DNA of 64,000 nucleotides from Squalus acanthias (Eukaryota): positions 174,470,001-174,534,000 of the forward strand of contig CM059425.1 of assembly GCA_030390025.1 (NCBI GenBank). The letters are read 5' to 3'. Every line of letters begins with the position of its first letter. Within the stretch, counting starts at the first letter, position 1. The notes under the pieces are model-generated. The model made no database searches, was not told the origin of the DNA, and saw only the letters and a program-made list of their open reading frames with translations. The position numbers were made by a program, and so were the translations under genes. Of the stretch, positions 50,432 through 64,000 are shown one piece after another.

Positions 50432-52096
50432 TTTAAAAATGTATTCATGGGATGTGGGCATTGCTGGCAAGGCCAGCATTTATTGCCCATCCCTAATTGC
50501 CCATGAGAAGGTAGTGAGCCGCCTTCTTGGACCGCTGCAGTCTGTGTGCTGAAGGTACGCCCACAGTGCTATTAGGTAGGGAGTTCCAGGATTTTGACCC
50601 AGTGACGATGAAGGAGTGGCGATATATTTTCAAGTCAGGATGGTGTGTGACTTGGAGGGGAACTTGGAGCTGGTGGTGTTCCCATGAGCCTGCTGCCCTT
50701 GTCCTTCTAGGTGGTAAAGATCGTGGGTTTGGGAGGCGCTGTCGAAGAAGCCTTGGTGAGTTGCTGCAGTGCATCTTGTAGATAGTACACACTGCAGCCA
50801 TGGTACGTCAGTGGTGGGGGAGTGAATGTTTAAGGTGGTGGATGGGGTGCCAATCAAGCGGGCTGCTTTGTCCTGGATGGTGTCGAGCTTCTTGAGTGTT
50901 GTTGGAGCTGCACTCATCCAGGCAAGTGGAGAGTATTCCGTTACACTCCCGACTTGTGCCTTGTAGATGATGGAAAGGCTTTGGGGAGTCAGGAGATGAG
51001 TCACTCGCTGTAGAATACCCAGCCTCCGTCCTGCTCTTGTAGCCACAGTATTTATGTGGCTGGTCCAGCTAAGTATCTCGTCAATGGTGACCCTCAGGAT
51101 GTTGATGTTGAGGGATTTGACGATGGTAACGCCATTGAATGTCAAGGGGAGGTGGTTAGACTCTCACGTGTTGTATATAGTCATTGCCTGACACTTGTGT
51201 GGCGCCAATGTTACTTGCCACTTATCAGCCCAAGTTTGAATGTTGTCTAGGTCTTGCTGCTTGCGGGAACGGACTGTTTCATTATCGGAGGTGTTGCGAA
51301 TGGAATTGAACACCGTGGGATCATCAACAAACGTCCCTACTTCTAACCTTATGATGGAGGGAAGGTCATTGATGAAACAGCTGAAGATGGTTGGGTCTAG
51401 GACAATGCCCTGAGGAAGTCCTACAGCCATGTGCTGGGGCTGAGATAATTGGCCTCTAACAACCTCAACCATCTTCCTTTGTGCTAGGTATGACTTCAGC
51501 CAGTGGAGAGTTTCCCCCCCCGATTCCCATTGACTTCAGTTTTACTCGGGCTCCTTGATGCCACACTCGGTCAAATACTGCCTTGATGTCAAGGGCAGTC
51601 ACTCTCACCTCACCTCTGGAATTCAGCTCTTTTCTCCATGTTTGAACTAAGGCTGTAATGAGGTCTGGAGCCGAGTGGTCCTGGCAGAACCCAAACTGAA
51701 CATCGGTGTTCAGGTTATTGGTGAGTAAGTGCCGCTTGATAGCACTGTCAATGCCCGCTTCCATCGCTTTGCTAATGATTGACAGTAGGCTGGTGGGACA
51801 GAAATTGGCCGGATTGGATTTGTCCTGCCTTTTGTGGACAGGACATACCTGGGCAATTTTCCACTTCATCAGGTAGATGCCAGTGTTGTAGCTATACTGG
51901 AACAGCTTGGCTAGAGGCGCGGCTAGTTCTGGAGCACAAGTCTTCAGCACTGCAGCCGGGATGTTGTTGGGGCCTATCGAGTGCGCTCAACTATTTCTTG
52001 ATATCACATGGAGTGAATTGATTTGGCTGAAGACTGGCTTCTGTGATGTTGGGGACCTCAGGAGGAAGCCGAAATGGATCATCCACTCGGCACCTC
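50432..52096 (-). mobile_element. CR1-clade LINE family A, longest copy in the window
   Basis: LKTCAPELAAPLAKLFQYS, ALDIKAVFDRVWH and degenerate PQG/FVDD motifs, with frameshifts and the family tail. Confidence 0.92.
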
Positions 52097-52989
52097 TGAC
52101 TGAAGTCATTCATTTCACTGAAACAATATGGAAGACGTTAGTGTTGCACATGTATAAGGTCATTCTATTTTAGAATCAGAATCCAACTTATCCAAAACTA
52201 ATCACAATGACCTAGAAATTCATTGGCGCCGCGCGCATTTTCCATGTGCAAAACAGGTGCCTAAGAATCCAATATAGCAGGTGGTGAGGCACATGCGCTC
52301 ATTTCATGATGGAGGTCGGCGCCCACCATATTGGTAAAGGAAGAAAGAGAGGCATCCAGGGCTGGTGTCTGAAACAGGCATTAGGCCCTTTGCACACAAA
52401 AATATGGGGATTAATGCCAGTTTGAGGCCCCCTTTGTAAAATTGGGCTGCCCTGAAAAAAAGGTTTCAGAGACTAAATAGTGAAGGATTATTTTTACTAG
52501 TTGGTGAATCTGTAACAAGAAGGAGTGAACTTGAAATTAATACCAGCAGCATAAAGAGGTTGCATTTTTTCCACTCAGAGTTATGAGAACATGGAATACA
52601 TTACCACAAATGGCTATTGAAGCCAATTCAATCACAACATTGAAGAGGGATTTGAACACATATTTGAAGAAAAATATTAAAGGAGACAAGTAAATGGCAC
52701 CAGAGTAGATAGCACCAGTGTGAAACTAGCAGTGGCACAGGCTGAAAGGCCTTTTATCTGTGCTTCAATTTCTATAAAAAGTGTTTGATGCACCTTTTTG
52801 TTTTAACATTGGAGCCAGAAAAAATTCATAAGAGCTATCAATCATTTACATCATAATCTGCAAATGATATGATGATACTTTTTGACCTAAATTACAAGAA
52901 AAGCTTGTCATCTCATACGCAATCATTCTCTCACCTCTATCCTCCAATCTTCCCATCACAATCTTTCTCATCTATCTCTCAATAATTAC

Positions 52990-54340
52990 TAGATTATGCA
53001 GATGGACAAAACTGTGGCAAATGGATTTCAATGTAGACAAATGTGAGTTCATCCACTTTGGACCTAAAAAGGATAGAACAGGGTACTTTCTAAATGGTGA
53101 AAGGCTAAAAACAGTGGAGGTCCAAAGAGACTTGGGGATCCAGGAACATACTTTATTAAAATATCATGAACAGGTACAGAAAATAATCAAAAAGGCGAAT
53201 AGAATGCTGGCCTTTATATCTAGAGGACTAGCCTACAAGGGAATAGATGTTTTGCTACAGCTATACAAAGCCCTGGTTAGACCACACCTGGAGTACTGTA
53301 AGCAATTAACTTCAGTCTAACCACCGCCCTTTGACATTCAAAGCAATACCATCGCCGAATCCCCCACTATCAACATCCTGGGGGTCACCACTGACCAGAA
53401 ACTTAACTGGACCAACCACATAAATACTGTGGCTGCAAGAGCAGGTCAGAGGCTGGGTATTCTGCAGCAAGTGTCTCGCCTCCTGAACCCCAAAGCCTTT
53501 CCCACCATCTACAAAGCACAAGTCAGGGGTGTGATGGAATACTCTCCACTTGCCAGGATAAGTACAGCTCCAACAACACTCAAGAAACTCGACACCATCC
53601 AGGACAAAGCAGCCCGCTTGATTGGCACCCCATCCACCAGCTTAAACATTCACTCCCTCCACCACCTGTGTACTGTGGCTGCAGTGTGTACCATCTACAA
53701 GATGCACTGCAGCAACTAGCCAAGGCTTCTTCGATAGCACCTCCCAAACCCGCGACCTCTTCCGCCTAGAAGGACAAGGGAAGCAGGCGCATGGGAACAC
53801 CACCACCTGCAAGTTTCCCTCCAAGTCACACACCATCCTAACTTGGAAATATATCGTTGTTTCTTCATTGTCACTGGGTCAAAATCCTGGAACTCCCTCC
53901 CGAACAGCTCTATGGGAGTACCTTCACCACACGGACTGCAGCGGTTGAAGGCGGCGGCTCACCACCACCTTCTCAAGGGCAACTAGCGATAGGCAATAAA
54001 TGATGGCCTTGCCGGTGACGCCAATTACGAGGAGTCGTATTCCCTGGAATTTAGAAGGTTAAGGGGTGATTTGATCGAAGTTTTCAAGATATTAAGGGAA
54101 CAGATAGGGTAGATAGAGAGAAACTATTTTCGCTCGTTGAGGAGTCTAGGACTAGGGGGTATAGTCTAAAAATTCGAGCCAGACCTTTTAGAAGTGAAAT
54201 TAGGAAACACAAAGGGTGGTAGAAGTTTGGAACAATATTCCACAAACTGCAATTGATGCTAGATTAATTGTTAATTTTAAATCTGAGATTTTTGTTAACA
54301 AAGGTATTAAGGGATATGGGGCAAAGGCAGATAAATGGGG
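52990..54340 (+). mobile_element. CR1 3' fragment interrupted by LINE family A (about 53309-54021)
   Basis: MDFNVDKCEFIHFGPKK...RPHLEYC, then resumes at YEE.../YSLEFRRLRGDLI. Same subfamily as 57028-58620. Confidence 0.85.
53309..54021 (+). mobile_element. CR1-clade LINE family A fragment
   Basis: RAGQRLGILQQVS...TTLKKLDTIQDKAARLIG. CAATTA on both flanks. Confidence 0.88.
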
Positions 54341-54344
54341 TTAA

Positions 54345-56440
54345 GGCCGGTTTGGCAAAAAAATGGCGTCTGCCACGCTTCTGGCGCAAAACGCAGCGGC
54401 CGCCATTTTGGGCAGGTTGTCAGCGCTGCTGTTGCTTGCGCTCACCGCACATATTTAAATGATGCAGAGCGTGACGTTAATCAGCGTGCAACGCCTGAAT
54501 TGACACACAAACTGTGATTTTCGACATCACCGCTCTTGTTACTGCCCTCTCCAAACCACGCACGGAAGAACGTGCGTGCAGCAGTACAACAGAGACGCAG
54601 CCAGTGCTTCTTAAAGGGACACACACAACTTTCAGGTAAGTTTAGATTTTTGCTTTTAGGACTTTTTTTTTACATTTTATTGCAGTAGTGTTTTGGTGCA
54701 ATACATTAAAAATTTTGTTAGGAAGTGCAGGGTGTGCTGCTGGACGTTTGCAAGGCTTTGGCTCTGAAAGGAAAGCCTCTGAGAACACCACTTGCTCCCA
54801 GTCCTGGGGGCTGTAGTTGCATCACATGGAGATGGAACAGAGGCAGCAAAGGGGACAAGCTGCTCGCAGAGGGAGGAGAAAGAGGAGGAGTCAGAAGAGG
54901 AAAAAGCAGAAGGAAGGAGGTAACCCAGACAGCCCCTTTCTGGCCGGGATATCCAGGATCGAATCATCCGGCTGCGGTACCAGTGAATGCAACCCCAATT
55001 CCCCTTTCAACATTTGTCCCACACCTTACCTTCCCTCTGTTACTGACCATCACAGCGTCCTCTTGGCCGCAATGCTGAAATAAAAGCCACCACAAAGCAA
55101 ACTTTTCAATCCAACTTTATCCACACATGCATCCAATATTACATCAAAAATCAACTAATCACCCTTGTGCATTCCCATAGTGACTATCTTGCATGTGCCT
55201 TTGCCTATATTAGTGATGTTATGCAGTGCTACCCCAGTGGCTGCAGCATGGCTGATGAAAGGCTGGTGACTTTCAGTGGGAGACGCTGCAGATAGCCTTG
55301 CAGGATGACCGAGAGGAGTTGGTGGCTGGAAGTGTGATATCAAGGGAGTTTGAAATGAGTGAATGTGTTTCTTCTTCTTCACTCTCCTCTCCCTCTTCTT
55401 GGTCAACCACTGTGTGGGCAGGCTGGATTTCTTGGGTGTCTGAAATGAGGAAGGCACAAAAGTAGGGTTGTAGTGAGCAGAGGCGGGGTAAAGCAAGAGG
55501 TGCATGCTTATACCATGTTCAGCTTGTAAATCAGAAGAGATTGTGGGATGAGGGGGAAGTGGGAAGTGAGAAGGAGGATGACATATGAAGATACCGGCAT
55601 CTTGTATTCTTTCAGCCCCGCCACTGGACAAGGGTTCAGCCATGCCCCTGCCAAGAATGGCCAGAACTGTCTCCTCCAAGGGGTGAGGTGAAGCTAGCAA
55701 TGTGAGGTGTGCCTCGTGTTTAGTTGAGATTGTTGGTAGGTGAGTGATGTGGGGGGTGGTCATGCAGTGAGCAGTGTGTGAGGGTAGTGGTGCAGTTGGT
55801 AGGAGACGGCTTTTGAAGATGCATTCACTGACCTTGACCACTGGTCCGAGGTCATAACACTTCTTTGGGCACTGGAGCCGGGTCCTGGGGGCGACACTGC
55901 TGGCAGTGACAGCCTCGGCAATCTGGTCCCATACCCTTCTTTCTGGAGGGCTTCCTGGCCCCTGTGGGTAGAGGACCTCTTCCACTTTTGATCCCCTGCA
56001 CAAAGCTGGAGTGTTGTGTCCGAGACCCTGGATGCCCTTTCCCTGGTCTGTTGAGCCATTTGGTTAGTGCGGAAGCACTTACAGCATTTTATATATGCAG
56101 AAAGCAGTTTAGCTTTAAGAGCTGAAGACTGCCTGGTGCTGAAGGTATTTTACATTTTTTTATCTGCAGAAGGCAGCTCAGCTTTAAGAGCTGCAGACTG
56201 CCTTGAAGAGAAGCGGGCTAGCTTTAAGTAACGCTAGCCTCACTCCAGCGACGTGAACTTCAGCCACCTGCTGAGCACACAGCCTGTCAGCAGCGGCTTC
56301 ATGCTAGGCTGTGCGCTCCTATCATGTTAATTAGAAGGCAGCGCCAAATTGATGTGCTGCCTGTGCTTTTTGAACAGGCAGGGGCATATCTCGCATTGCG
56401 GTGTCCGCGTCCTTTTTTTGCGCTATCGAATTTCATCCCC
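54345..56440 (-). mobile_element. Non-autonomous PIF/Harbinger derivative, same family as 6609-8633
   Basis: Minus-strand terminus GGGGATGAAATTCGATAGCGC. MAQQTRERASRVSD start, WDQIAEAVTAS...QCPKKCYDL Myb helix, and the same transposase deletion. Confidence 0.82.
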
Positions 56441-56884
56441 AAAGACAGTGACTGAGCACTAATTGGACTTAAAGGATAAATCTGTTTGAAAATATATCAA
56501 GCATCTGTAATGTATAGTGTCAGGTTGGTATTTCAACTTGACCACATTTAATATGCAAGGGTTTATCTTAACAAGATAAGCATGCTGGTTGCAAAGGGAA
56601 GGAATTTATTTTTGGGAGACTGCACTCTTTTTTTTAAACCAACATGGATTTTTAATTTCTACTATTTTCAACAACAAAAGATATTATGATGACTGAAGCT
56701 ATTTGGAAGGGGTACTGTTTCATAAGCAGGCTATTTTCCTGACAGCATTATGACTAATTAGGAGTTAACTCGCGAGTGTAATTCAACACCATTGTTTTCT
56801 GTGGCAGATGTTATATCAGTAATGCAATTGAAACAGAGATGGCAGAGGTCCTCACTTGATATTGAACAGGATTATATTGAACAT

Positions 56885-57027
56885 GGGGAGTTATCCCCAG
56901 TGTCCTGGCCAATATTATCCCTCAATCAACATCACTAAAAACAGATTAACTGGTCATTATCACATTGCTGTTTGTGGGAGCTTGCTGTGCGCATATTGGC
57001 TGCCGGGTTTCCTACATTACAACAGTG
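56885..57027 (+). mobile_element. DeuSINE fragment
   Basis: GGGGAGTTATCCCCAGTGTCCTGGCCAATATTATCCCTCAA...CCTACATTACAACAGTGA. Confidence 0.75.
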
Positions 57028-58620
57028 ATAAAGAAAATAATGGCACTAAAGAGTGACAAATCCCCAGGACCAGATGGTTTCCATCCCAGGGTTTTAAAGG
57101 AAGTAGGTGAGCACATTGCAGATGCCCTAACTATAATCTTCCAAAGTTCTCTAGATCCAGAGACCGTTCCTTTAGATTGGAAAATTGCGCATGTCACTCC
57201 GCTTTTTAAGAATGGCGAGAGAGGGAAACCAGGGAATCACTGACCAGTTAGCCTAACATCTGTTGTGGGGAAATTGCTAGAATCCATAATTAAGGATAGG
57301 GTGACTGAACACCTCAAAAATTTTCAGTTGATCAGAGAGCCAGCATGGATTTGTGAAGGTAGGTCATGCCTGACAAACCTGATTGAATTTTTTGAGGAGG
57401 TGACTAAAGTAGTGGACAGGGGAATGTCTATGGATGTTATTTATATGGGCTTCCAGAAGGCATTTCATAAAGTCCCATGTCAGAGATTGTTATCTAAGCT
57501 AGAAGCCCACAGAATTGAGGGCAAATTATTGACCTGGTTAGGAAATTGGCTGAGCGGCAGGAGACGAGAGTCGGGATAATGGGTAGGTACTCAAATTGGC
57601 ACGATGTGACTAGTGGTGTCCCGCAGGGATCTGTGTTGGGGCCTCAACTATTCACAACATTTATTGACGACTTAGATGATGGCATAGAAAGTCATATATC
57701 CAAATTTGCAGATGACACAAAGATAGGCGGCATTGTAGGCAGTGTAGATGGAAGCATAAAATTACAAAGGGATATTGATAGATTAAGTGAATGGGCAAAA
57801 CTGTGGCAAATGGATTTCAATGTAAGCAAATGTGAGGTCATCCACTTTGGACCTAAAAAGGATAGAACAGGGTACTTTCTAAATGGTGAAAAACTAAAAA
57901 CAGTGGAGGTCCAAAGAGTCTTGGGGGTTCAGGTAGAGAGATCATTAAAATTACATGAACAGGTACAGAGAATAATCAAAAAGGCTAATGGAATGCTGGC
58001 CTTTATATCAAGAAGACTAGAATAAAAGGGGACAGAAGTTATGCTGCAGCAATACAAAACCCTGGTTAGACCACACCTGGAGTACTGTGAGCAGATCTGG
58101 GCACCAGACCTTAGGAAGGATATATTGGCCTTGGAGGGAGTGCAGCGGAGGTTTACCAGAATGATACCCGGACTTCAAGGGTTAAGTTACGAGGAGATAT
58201 TACACAAATTAGGGTTGTATTCCCAAGAATTTAGAAGTTTAAGGGGTGATCTGATCGAAGTTTTCAGGATATTAAGGGGAACAGATAGAGTAGATAGAGA
58301 GAAACTATTTCCGCTGGTTGGGGATTCTAGGACTTGGGGGTATAGTCTAAAAATTAGAGCCAGACCTTTCAGGAGTGAAATTAGGAAACACTCCTACACA
58401 CAAAGGGTGATAGAAGTTTGGAACTCTCTTCCACAAATGGCAATTGATGCTAGATCAATTGTTAATTTTAAATCAGAGATTGGTAGATTTTTGTTAACCA
58501 AAAGTTATTAAGGGATATGGGCCAAAGGCAGGTATATGGAGTTAGATCACAGATCAGCCATGATCTCATCGAATGGCGGAACAGGCTCGAGGGACTGAAT
58601 GGCCTACTCCTGTTCCTATG
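57028..58620 (+). mobile_element. CR1 family B, RT plus 3' UTR
   Basis: KSPGPDGFHPRVLKE, GVPQGSVLGP, FADD and the family tail. Confidence 0.92.
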
Positions 58621-58719
58621 TAAGGGGGAACACATTAAAGGGGAAATTTTTACAATTAGGTGCGCTGGTCACACGTATGACCAGCATGGGGTGGGAGTGG
58701 AGATACTGGAGGATTTTGC

Positions 58720-59175
58720 AGCCTGAAAGTCACTACTGTATGTCAGGAATTGCAGCAGCCAATTTTTGTACAGCAAGGACCTGCAAGCAGCTAAGAGATA
58801 AAATGATGAAATAAACTATGTTTTCAGTAATGCTTGATTAAAGGATAAATATTGGCCAGAATATCAGGAGCTCTCCCCCACTCTTCTTTAAATAGTGCCA
58901 TGAGGTCTTTTACGCCTCCCCGAGATGGCAGATGGGGCCTCGGTTTAACGTCTCATCCAAAAGAGGCACTTCAACAGTGCAGCACTCCCTCAGTACTGTA
59001 TCAAAATGTCCGCCTCAATTTTGTGCACAAGTATCTGGAATCCTTCTCAAGGGCAACTAGGGATGGGCAATAAATGCTGGCCTTGCCAGCGACGCTCACA
59101 TCCCATGAACAAATTAAAAAAAATCCATGACCTCCTGACTTAGAGGTGAGAGTGCCATCACTGAGGTAAGGCTAC
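58720..59175 (-). mobile_element. DeuSINE fragment containing a ~80-bp LINE A 3' end (59042-59123, +)
   Basis: Reverse Deu-domain motifs (GGCCTCGGTTTAACGTCTCATCC, CAGCACTCCCTCAGTACTG). The insert is CCTTCTCAAGGGCAACTAGGGATGGGCAATAAATG...A-run. Confidence 0.7.
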
Positions 59176-59924
59176 CACGCTGAACTTTTATTATGGCCAT
59201 TCCTCAAGGAATTCCTCTTACCCTCAAGGTGCTTGAGAATAAGGAATTGTTGCAGAGGAACGATCAGAGGAAGGTCGGTCTGTATCCAAAGTAAGCTATA
59301 CAAATCAGTCATTACCCAAGTATGTAGGTATCAAGTTACTGACTTTCTTTTACACTTATTATCTTAAGTTCAGCGGCACCAACCACTTCCATAAGCGCCC
59401 TATAATCCAGAACTGATCTTTTCCTACCAAATATGGAAAATGATAATGAGACACAGGGATCATAACAGAGAGCATGTACTCTGTATACCAGCAACTGAAA
59501 TATATCAAATGCCGCCACCGATTCCCCCTCTATTCAAAAGAATATGGATTATGTGCCTATGTCTGATCGAGACGCGAGCTTTGAGCCAACAAGAGATTCT
59601 ATTTACACAAGACAAATGAACAAAAAACTATGTAACAGTGCAAAATACATTACTCTACTCTCCTTGAGATATAAAATTATAAATATCATTCGCTTTCTCT
59701 CTAAACATACCCTTGAACATTTAGACTAACTTCTTCTTGATAGGCTGATAGAGAGAACAGTCTGACGTTTGAAAAGTAACTCAGCTGGCTGACCAACCAA
59801 AAACTTCAAAACCCTCTTAGATTCCTGGCTGCAAGACTGAAATTGACTGAGATGCTCTAAGCTGAAGGAGCAGATGTAAGGTGACTGATATGTGCCCTCT
59901 CTGCTGGCCATCGTGGACATTAGT

Positions 59925-61124
59925 AAGTATGTAATCTATATGGACTTTAGCAAGGCTTTTGATAAGGTTCCACTTGGCAGACTGGTCACAAAGTTAAAAG
60001 CCCATGGGATCCAGGGCAAAGTGTCAAGTTGGATTCAAAACTGGCTCGGAGGCAGGAAGCAGAGGGTAATGGTTGATGGGTGTTTTTGTGACTGGAAGGC
60101 TGTTTCCAGTGGGGTTCCGCAGGGCTCAGTACTAGGTCCCTTGCTTTTTGTGGTATATATCAATGATCTTGACTTGAATATAGCGGGTATGATTAAGAAG
60201 TTCGCAGATGATACTAAAATCGGCTGTGTGGTTGATACTGAAGAAGGAAGCTGTAGACTGCAGGAAGATATCAATAAATTGGTCAGGTGGGCAGAACAGT
60301 GACAAATGGAATTCAATCCGGAGAAGTGTGAGGTAATGCATTTGGGGAGGGCTAACAAGGAAAGGGAATACACATTAAATGGTAGGACACCGAGTAGTGT
60401 AGAGGAACAAAGGGACCTTGGAGTGCATGTCCACAGATCCCTGAAGGTAGCAGGCCAGGTAGGTAAGGTGTTTAAGAAGGCATTCGGAATGCTTGCCTTA
60501 TTAGCCGTGGCATAGAATACAAGAGCAGGGGGGGTTATGCTTCAACTGTATAAAACACTAGTTAGGCCTCAGCTAGAGTACTGCGTGCAGTTCTGGTCAC
60601 CACATTACAGGAAAGATGTGATTGCACTAGAGAGGGTACAGAGGAGATTTACAAGGATGTTGCCGGGAGTAGAGAATCTTAGCTATGAGGAAAGACTGGA
60701 TAGGCTGGGTTTGTTTTCCTTGGAACAGAGGAGGCTGAGGGAAGACCTGATTAGAGGTGTATAAAATTATGAGGGGCACAGATAAAGTGGATAGAAAGGA
60801 CCTATTTCCCTTAGCAGAGGGGTCAAAAACCAGGGGGCACAGATTTAAAGTAATTGGTGGAATGTTTAGAGGGGATTTGAGGGGAAATTTCTTCACCCAG
60901 AGGGTTGTGGGGGTCTGGAACACACTGCCTGAAATGGCGGTAGAGGCAGAAACCCTAACCACATTTAAAAAGTACTTGGATGTGCACTTGGGATGCTCTA
61001 ACCTGCAGGGCTACGGACCAAGAGCTGGGAAGTGGGATTAGGCTGGATAGCTCTTTGTTGGCCGGCGCGGACACAATGGGCCGAAATGGCCTCCTTCTGT
61101 GCTGTAACTTTCTATGATTCTATG
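59925..61124 (+). mobile_element. CR1 (distinct subfamily), RT 3' half plus tail
   Basis: YMDFSKAFDKVP, GVPQGSVLGP and FADD, with a (TTCTATGA)n tail. Confidence 0.92.
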
Positions 61125-63507
61125 AAGTGAACATAGATCATGCAGCTAGGTTGTGTTTCAAAGACTTGAGGTGATGCCCTTGGAAGATACGAGTGTGGCA
61201 AGACTTTCAACTGAATGTGTGCCCACTGAAGTGTGGGTATTTAGAAGATGCAATGAATGGCCTGTCAGTTTGTTTGAGGGCTTGGAATGGGTGAGCATTA
61301 AATGTGGAACAGACCGACAGGCAACAGTTTGTGGCATGGAATCTAGGGTCATCTACCTGGCAACTGCTACTAACACCCAGATTGCTTAATGTGTGTTATG
61401 TTCTTTTGCACCGGTTTCCAGGTTCTGTAGGTAGAGCCCAGTCACCACCTCCAGACAGCCATGGTGTACTGCCAGAGTGCCAAACAAGACAACCCTGTTT
61501 GCACCCAACTCATACAGAGCACCTCCTCTTCACCAGCGATGAAACAGCGGGTCAGGTACTGCACCTCTCTGTAACTTGTTTGCAGACTTTCAGGTTTCCT
61601 TTCACTTAATTTTTTACCTGGCACTTCTTTACACCATTCCCCCCTCCCCTCCAGCCTCAACAAAATCTGCTAAAGGATTTAAATGCATTTTAAGCCTGCA
61701 TAAAGCCACTAAGAATGCCACCTCACACCCACTCAACCACCACAAACCACCCCCCCCCACACACACCTTCCCCCCTCACCACCATATGGCAACTTATCTT
61801 GAAGGAGACTTATCCCTTTAAACTTCAGTTTAAGTGTGAATTTGTAGTCATCCCTGCAAAAGGCAAAGTTGTACAGGCAGCTATGAATAATTATGCTAAT
61901 GAACTGACCCCACAAAATTGTGGATAGTCAGCTCACTCTGCAGGTGACGAGTTTTCACTTGCAGCAAGCCATTCAAGCCTAAACTTAGCCTGCAAAATCG
62001 GCTGTTAATTTCAAAGCAATTTTTCCAAAATTATGTGAAAACCTCCAGTGAGCAAAGCTTTTGGAAAGGATTATATTTCCGAAAAATTAACCGACCATAA
62101 TGTGCAGGCTCCAGTCATTTATCATGTATAACATTCTGTAAGCTTAACATTTTTCTGGAACAAAGTAAACTATACAAAGTATGATGGGTAGTTCTGAGGA
62201 CTGAAATCCGTAGTTTAAACTTTGCCCCTCCATGCAATGGACGCTGTGTGGAAATGTTTGGGTTTCACACCAGATGCGTTAGGCTTGAACTGCTAATGCT
62301 GCTCTGTGTTACATAAACAGAATATAGTAGATGAGTGACAGTTTGATACCAGCTATTATTTCACGAATGAAAAAGACTACAATTTGGAAATCGTTTTTTT
62401 TCTTACTGTGAAACACAAAATCTATCATGCTACCAGTCACCTACAGTTTCTGTAGAATGTGCCTAACTTGTTCTTAGTATTTTATTCTGGTAATTTTCTT
62501 GTGCATTACTTTCAAAATATGATAGATTTTGTTGAAGTCAAAAATAAATCTCAATCTTTTATTTCAGTGAACTGAAAATATTACTACCAAATCTTCAAAG
62601 AAAAATTTGATTTCATTTACGTCACACATTTCATTTCCTTTCTAATTGCTGTAATAATTGCATTGAGAAGCTTGGTAAAAAGCCAATTGGCAAAACCTAA
62701 CATGTTGTGCACAGCACTCACATGAATACCACAAAATCTATTGCTACGTTATGGAGGAATTTTGGGACTTGCCCATGAGACGCATCTTTCATTTACTAGT
62801 AGATTTTTAAACATATATGAAGAAAACTTAACCAACATCTGGGCTAATTTGGATGTATGTAGCAGTGCTTCATTCATTTGTGAGTATATGCTTCTGGATG
62901 CAAGTCAAGGTTGATTTCATGATCTAGTCAAGCACTGCTCTAATGATCACAAGAGGCAGGGTTTGGAACCTTAAAATATATGGATGCCACCCCAGGCAAA
63001 AAATGTCTTAATTCATAATACAAATGGAAAAAATAATCCCCTATAGCTTGTAATACCTTACTTTAAATCACAGTATGCTTTGATATTTTAACGCAACCTC
63101 AATGGCAAATAAGTGCAGTCATTTATTGTACAGTACAGGTAAACTAACTGCTCAGACTGGAGTTTTTGAGCTGTAGAGTTGTGTGCATCAGGCTGGTAGA
63201 GCAATTACTAAAATATTTATGGTCTAAAATTAGGTTTTAAGCAAAATAAATACTTTAAAAATGACATATTTCACATTATTAAATTTACCCACAAGATGAT
63301 ATTTTATGTCTTCTAATACCTTCATTACAGTTTTTACTTTGAGACTACAGTCATTCTCAAAAGCTAGGGATGGCAGTTAATATTTTTCCCTATCTGCCTA
63401 CAATTCCCCGGATGCCGCAGTCTGAATATGTGCAGAGCGCACAATCTCCCAGCATGCACTCAGAATTTCCAGAGTACTGTATCAGCGTGCCTCAATGGTA
63501 GCGCTCT

Positions 63508-63663
63508 CATAAGAACATAAGAAATAGGAGCAGGAGCAGGCCATTCGGCCCCTCAAGCCTGCTCCACCATTTAATAAGATCATGGCTGATTCGATTTTGG
63601 CCTCAACTCCACTTTCCTGCCCGCTCCCCATAACCCTTAACTCCCCTGTTGCTCAAAAATCTG
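63508..63663 (-). mobile_element. CR1 family B 3' tail, next to a short SINE-head fragment
   Basis: CATAAGAACATAAGAAATAGGAGCAGGAGCAGGCC. Confidence 0.8.
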
Positions 63664-63689
63664 ACTTATGTTCCTTGTCACTGTAACCA

Positions 63690-64000
63690 CCTGTTCAGCT
63701 GCATCCTCCCTTCCCCTTGCCCACCAAGCCAAACCTCTCCCAAGGTTCCCTCTGACCTTGCCCTGAACCCACATCTTTCTCTAGACTCTCTGCTATCTCT
63801 CCTTATACGCTCTCCAAGCGCATCTTGTCCATGAGACCGACCTCTTGCTCGCTCAACACTATTCCCACTAAATTGCTGACCATCCAACTTCCCTACGATG
63901 CTACCGAACATTCTAAACTGTTCCCTCTCCTCAGATACTGACCCCTCCCTTTCAAAACTGCAGTCATCACATCATTCCTCAAAAAAATCACCCTCAATCC
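63690..64000 (+). mobile_element. L2 LINE RT N-terminal fragment (runs off the window)
   Basis: SMRPTSCSLNTIPTKLL and FKTAVITSFLKK resemble L2 'SCSLDPIPT' and 'KxAVIxPLLKK'. Confidence 0.65.

Noticed and set aside
30596..64000. First coding exon (MGCFCAV...) and promoter
   Set aside because: Not found. CpG-rich patches here are explained by MITE and Harbinger arms.
1..64000. Prokaryotic systems (CRISPR, operons, retrons)
   Set aside because: The sequence is eukaryotic intron DNA. All RT hits are non-LTR retrotransposons and no repeat-spacer array was seen.

Overview
Vertebrate genomic DNA, very likely from a cartilaginous fish (shark-type CR1, DeuSINE, Penelope and Harbinger repeats; this is inference). 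The window lies inside one host gene on the minus strand, EPB41L4A (band 4.1-like 4A / NBL4). Five small FERM-domain exons that the ORF track misses (30491-30595, 28427-28478, 11783-11861, 10498-10595, 9342-9462) splice in frame with GT-AG junctions. The first coding exon and the exons after these were not found and probably lie outside the window. The rest is intron packed with nested transposable elements: two CR1-clade LINE families (one copy has the ORF1 esterase tail plus most of ORF2), L2 fragments and DeuSINE pieces. There is also a decayed PIF/Harbinger element with a 3-exon Myb/SANT gene convergent on a transposase, two copies of a transposase-deleted Harbinger derivative, several GG-terminated MITEs with 3-bp TSDs, and Penelope-like pieces. 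The most notable signals are three minimal hammerhead ribozyme motifs in Penelope-type sequence. One of them sits in a 214-bp TSD-flanked insertion containing a perfect 83-bp hairpin, in the host sense orientation. All calls come from reading the sequence by eye, and TE boundaries are approximate unless a TSD or TIR is quoted.
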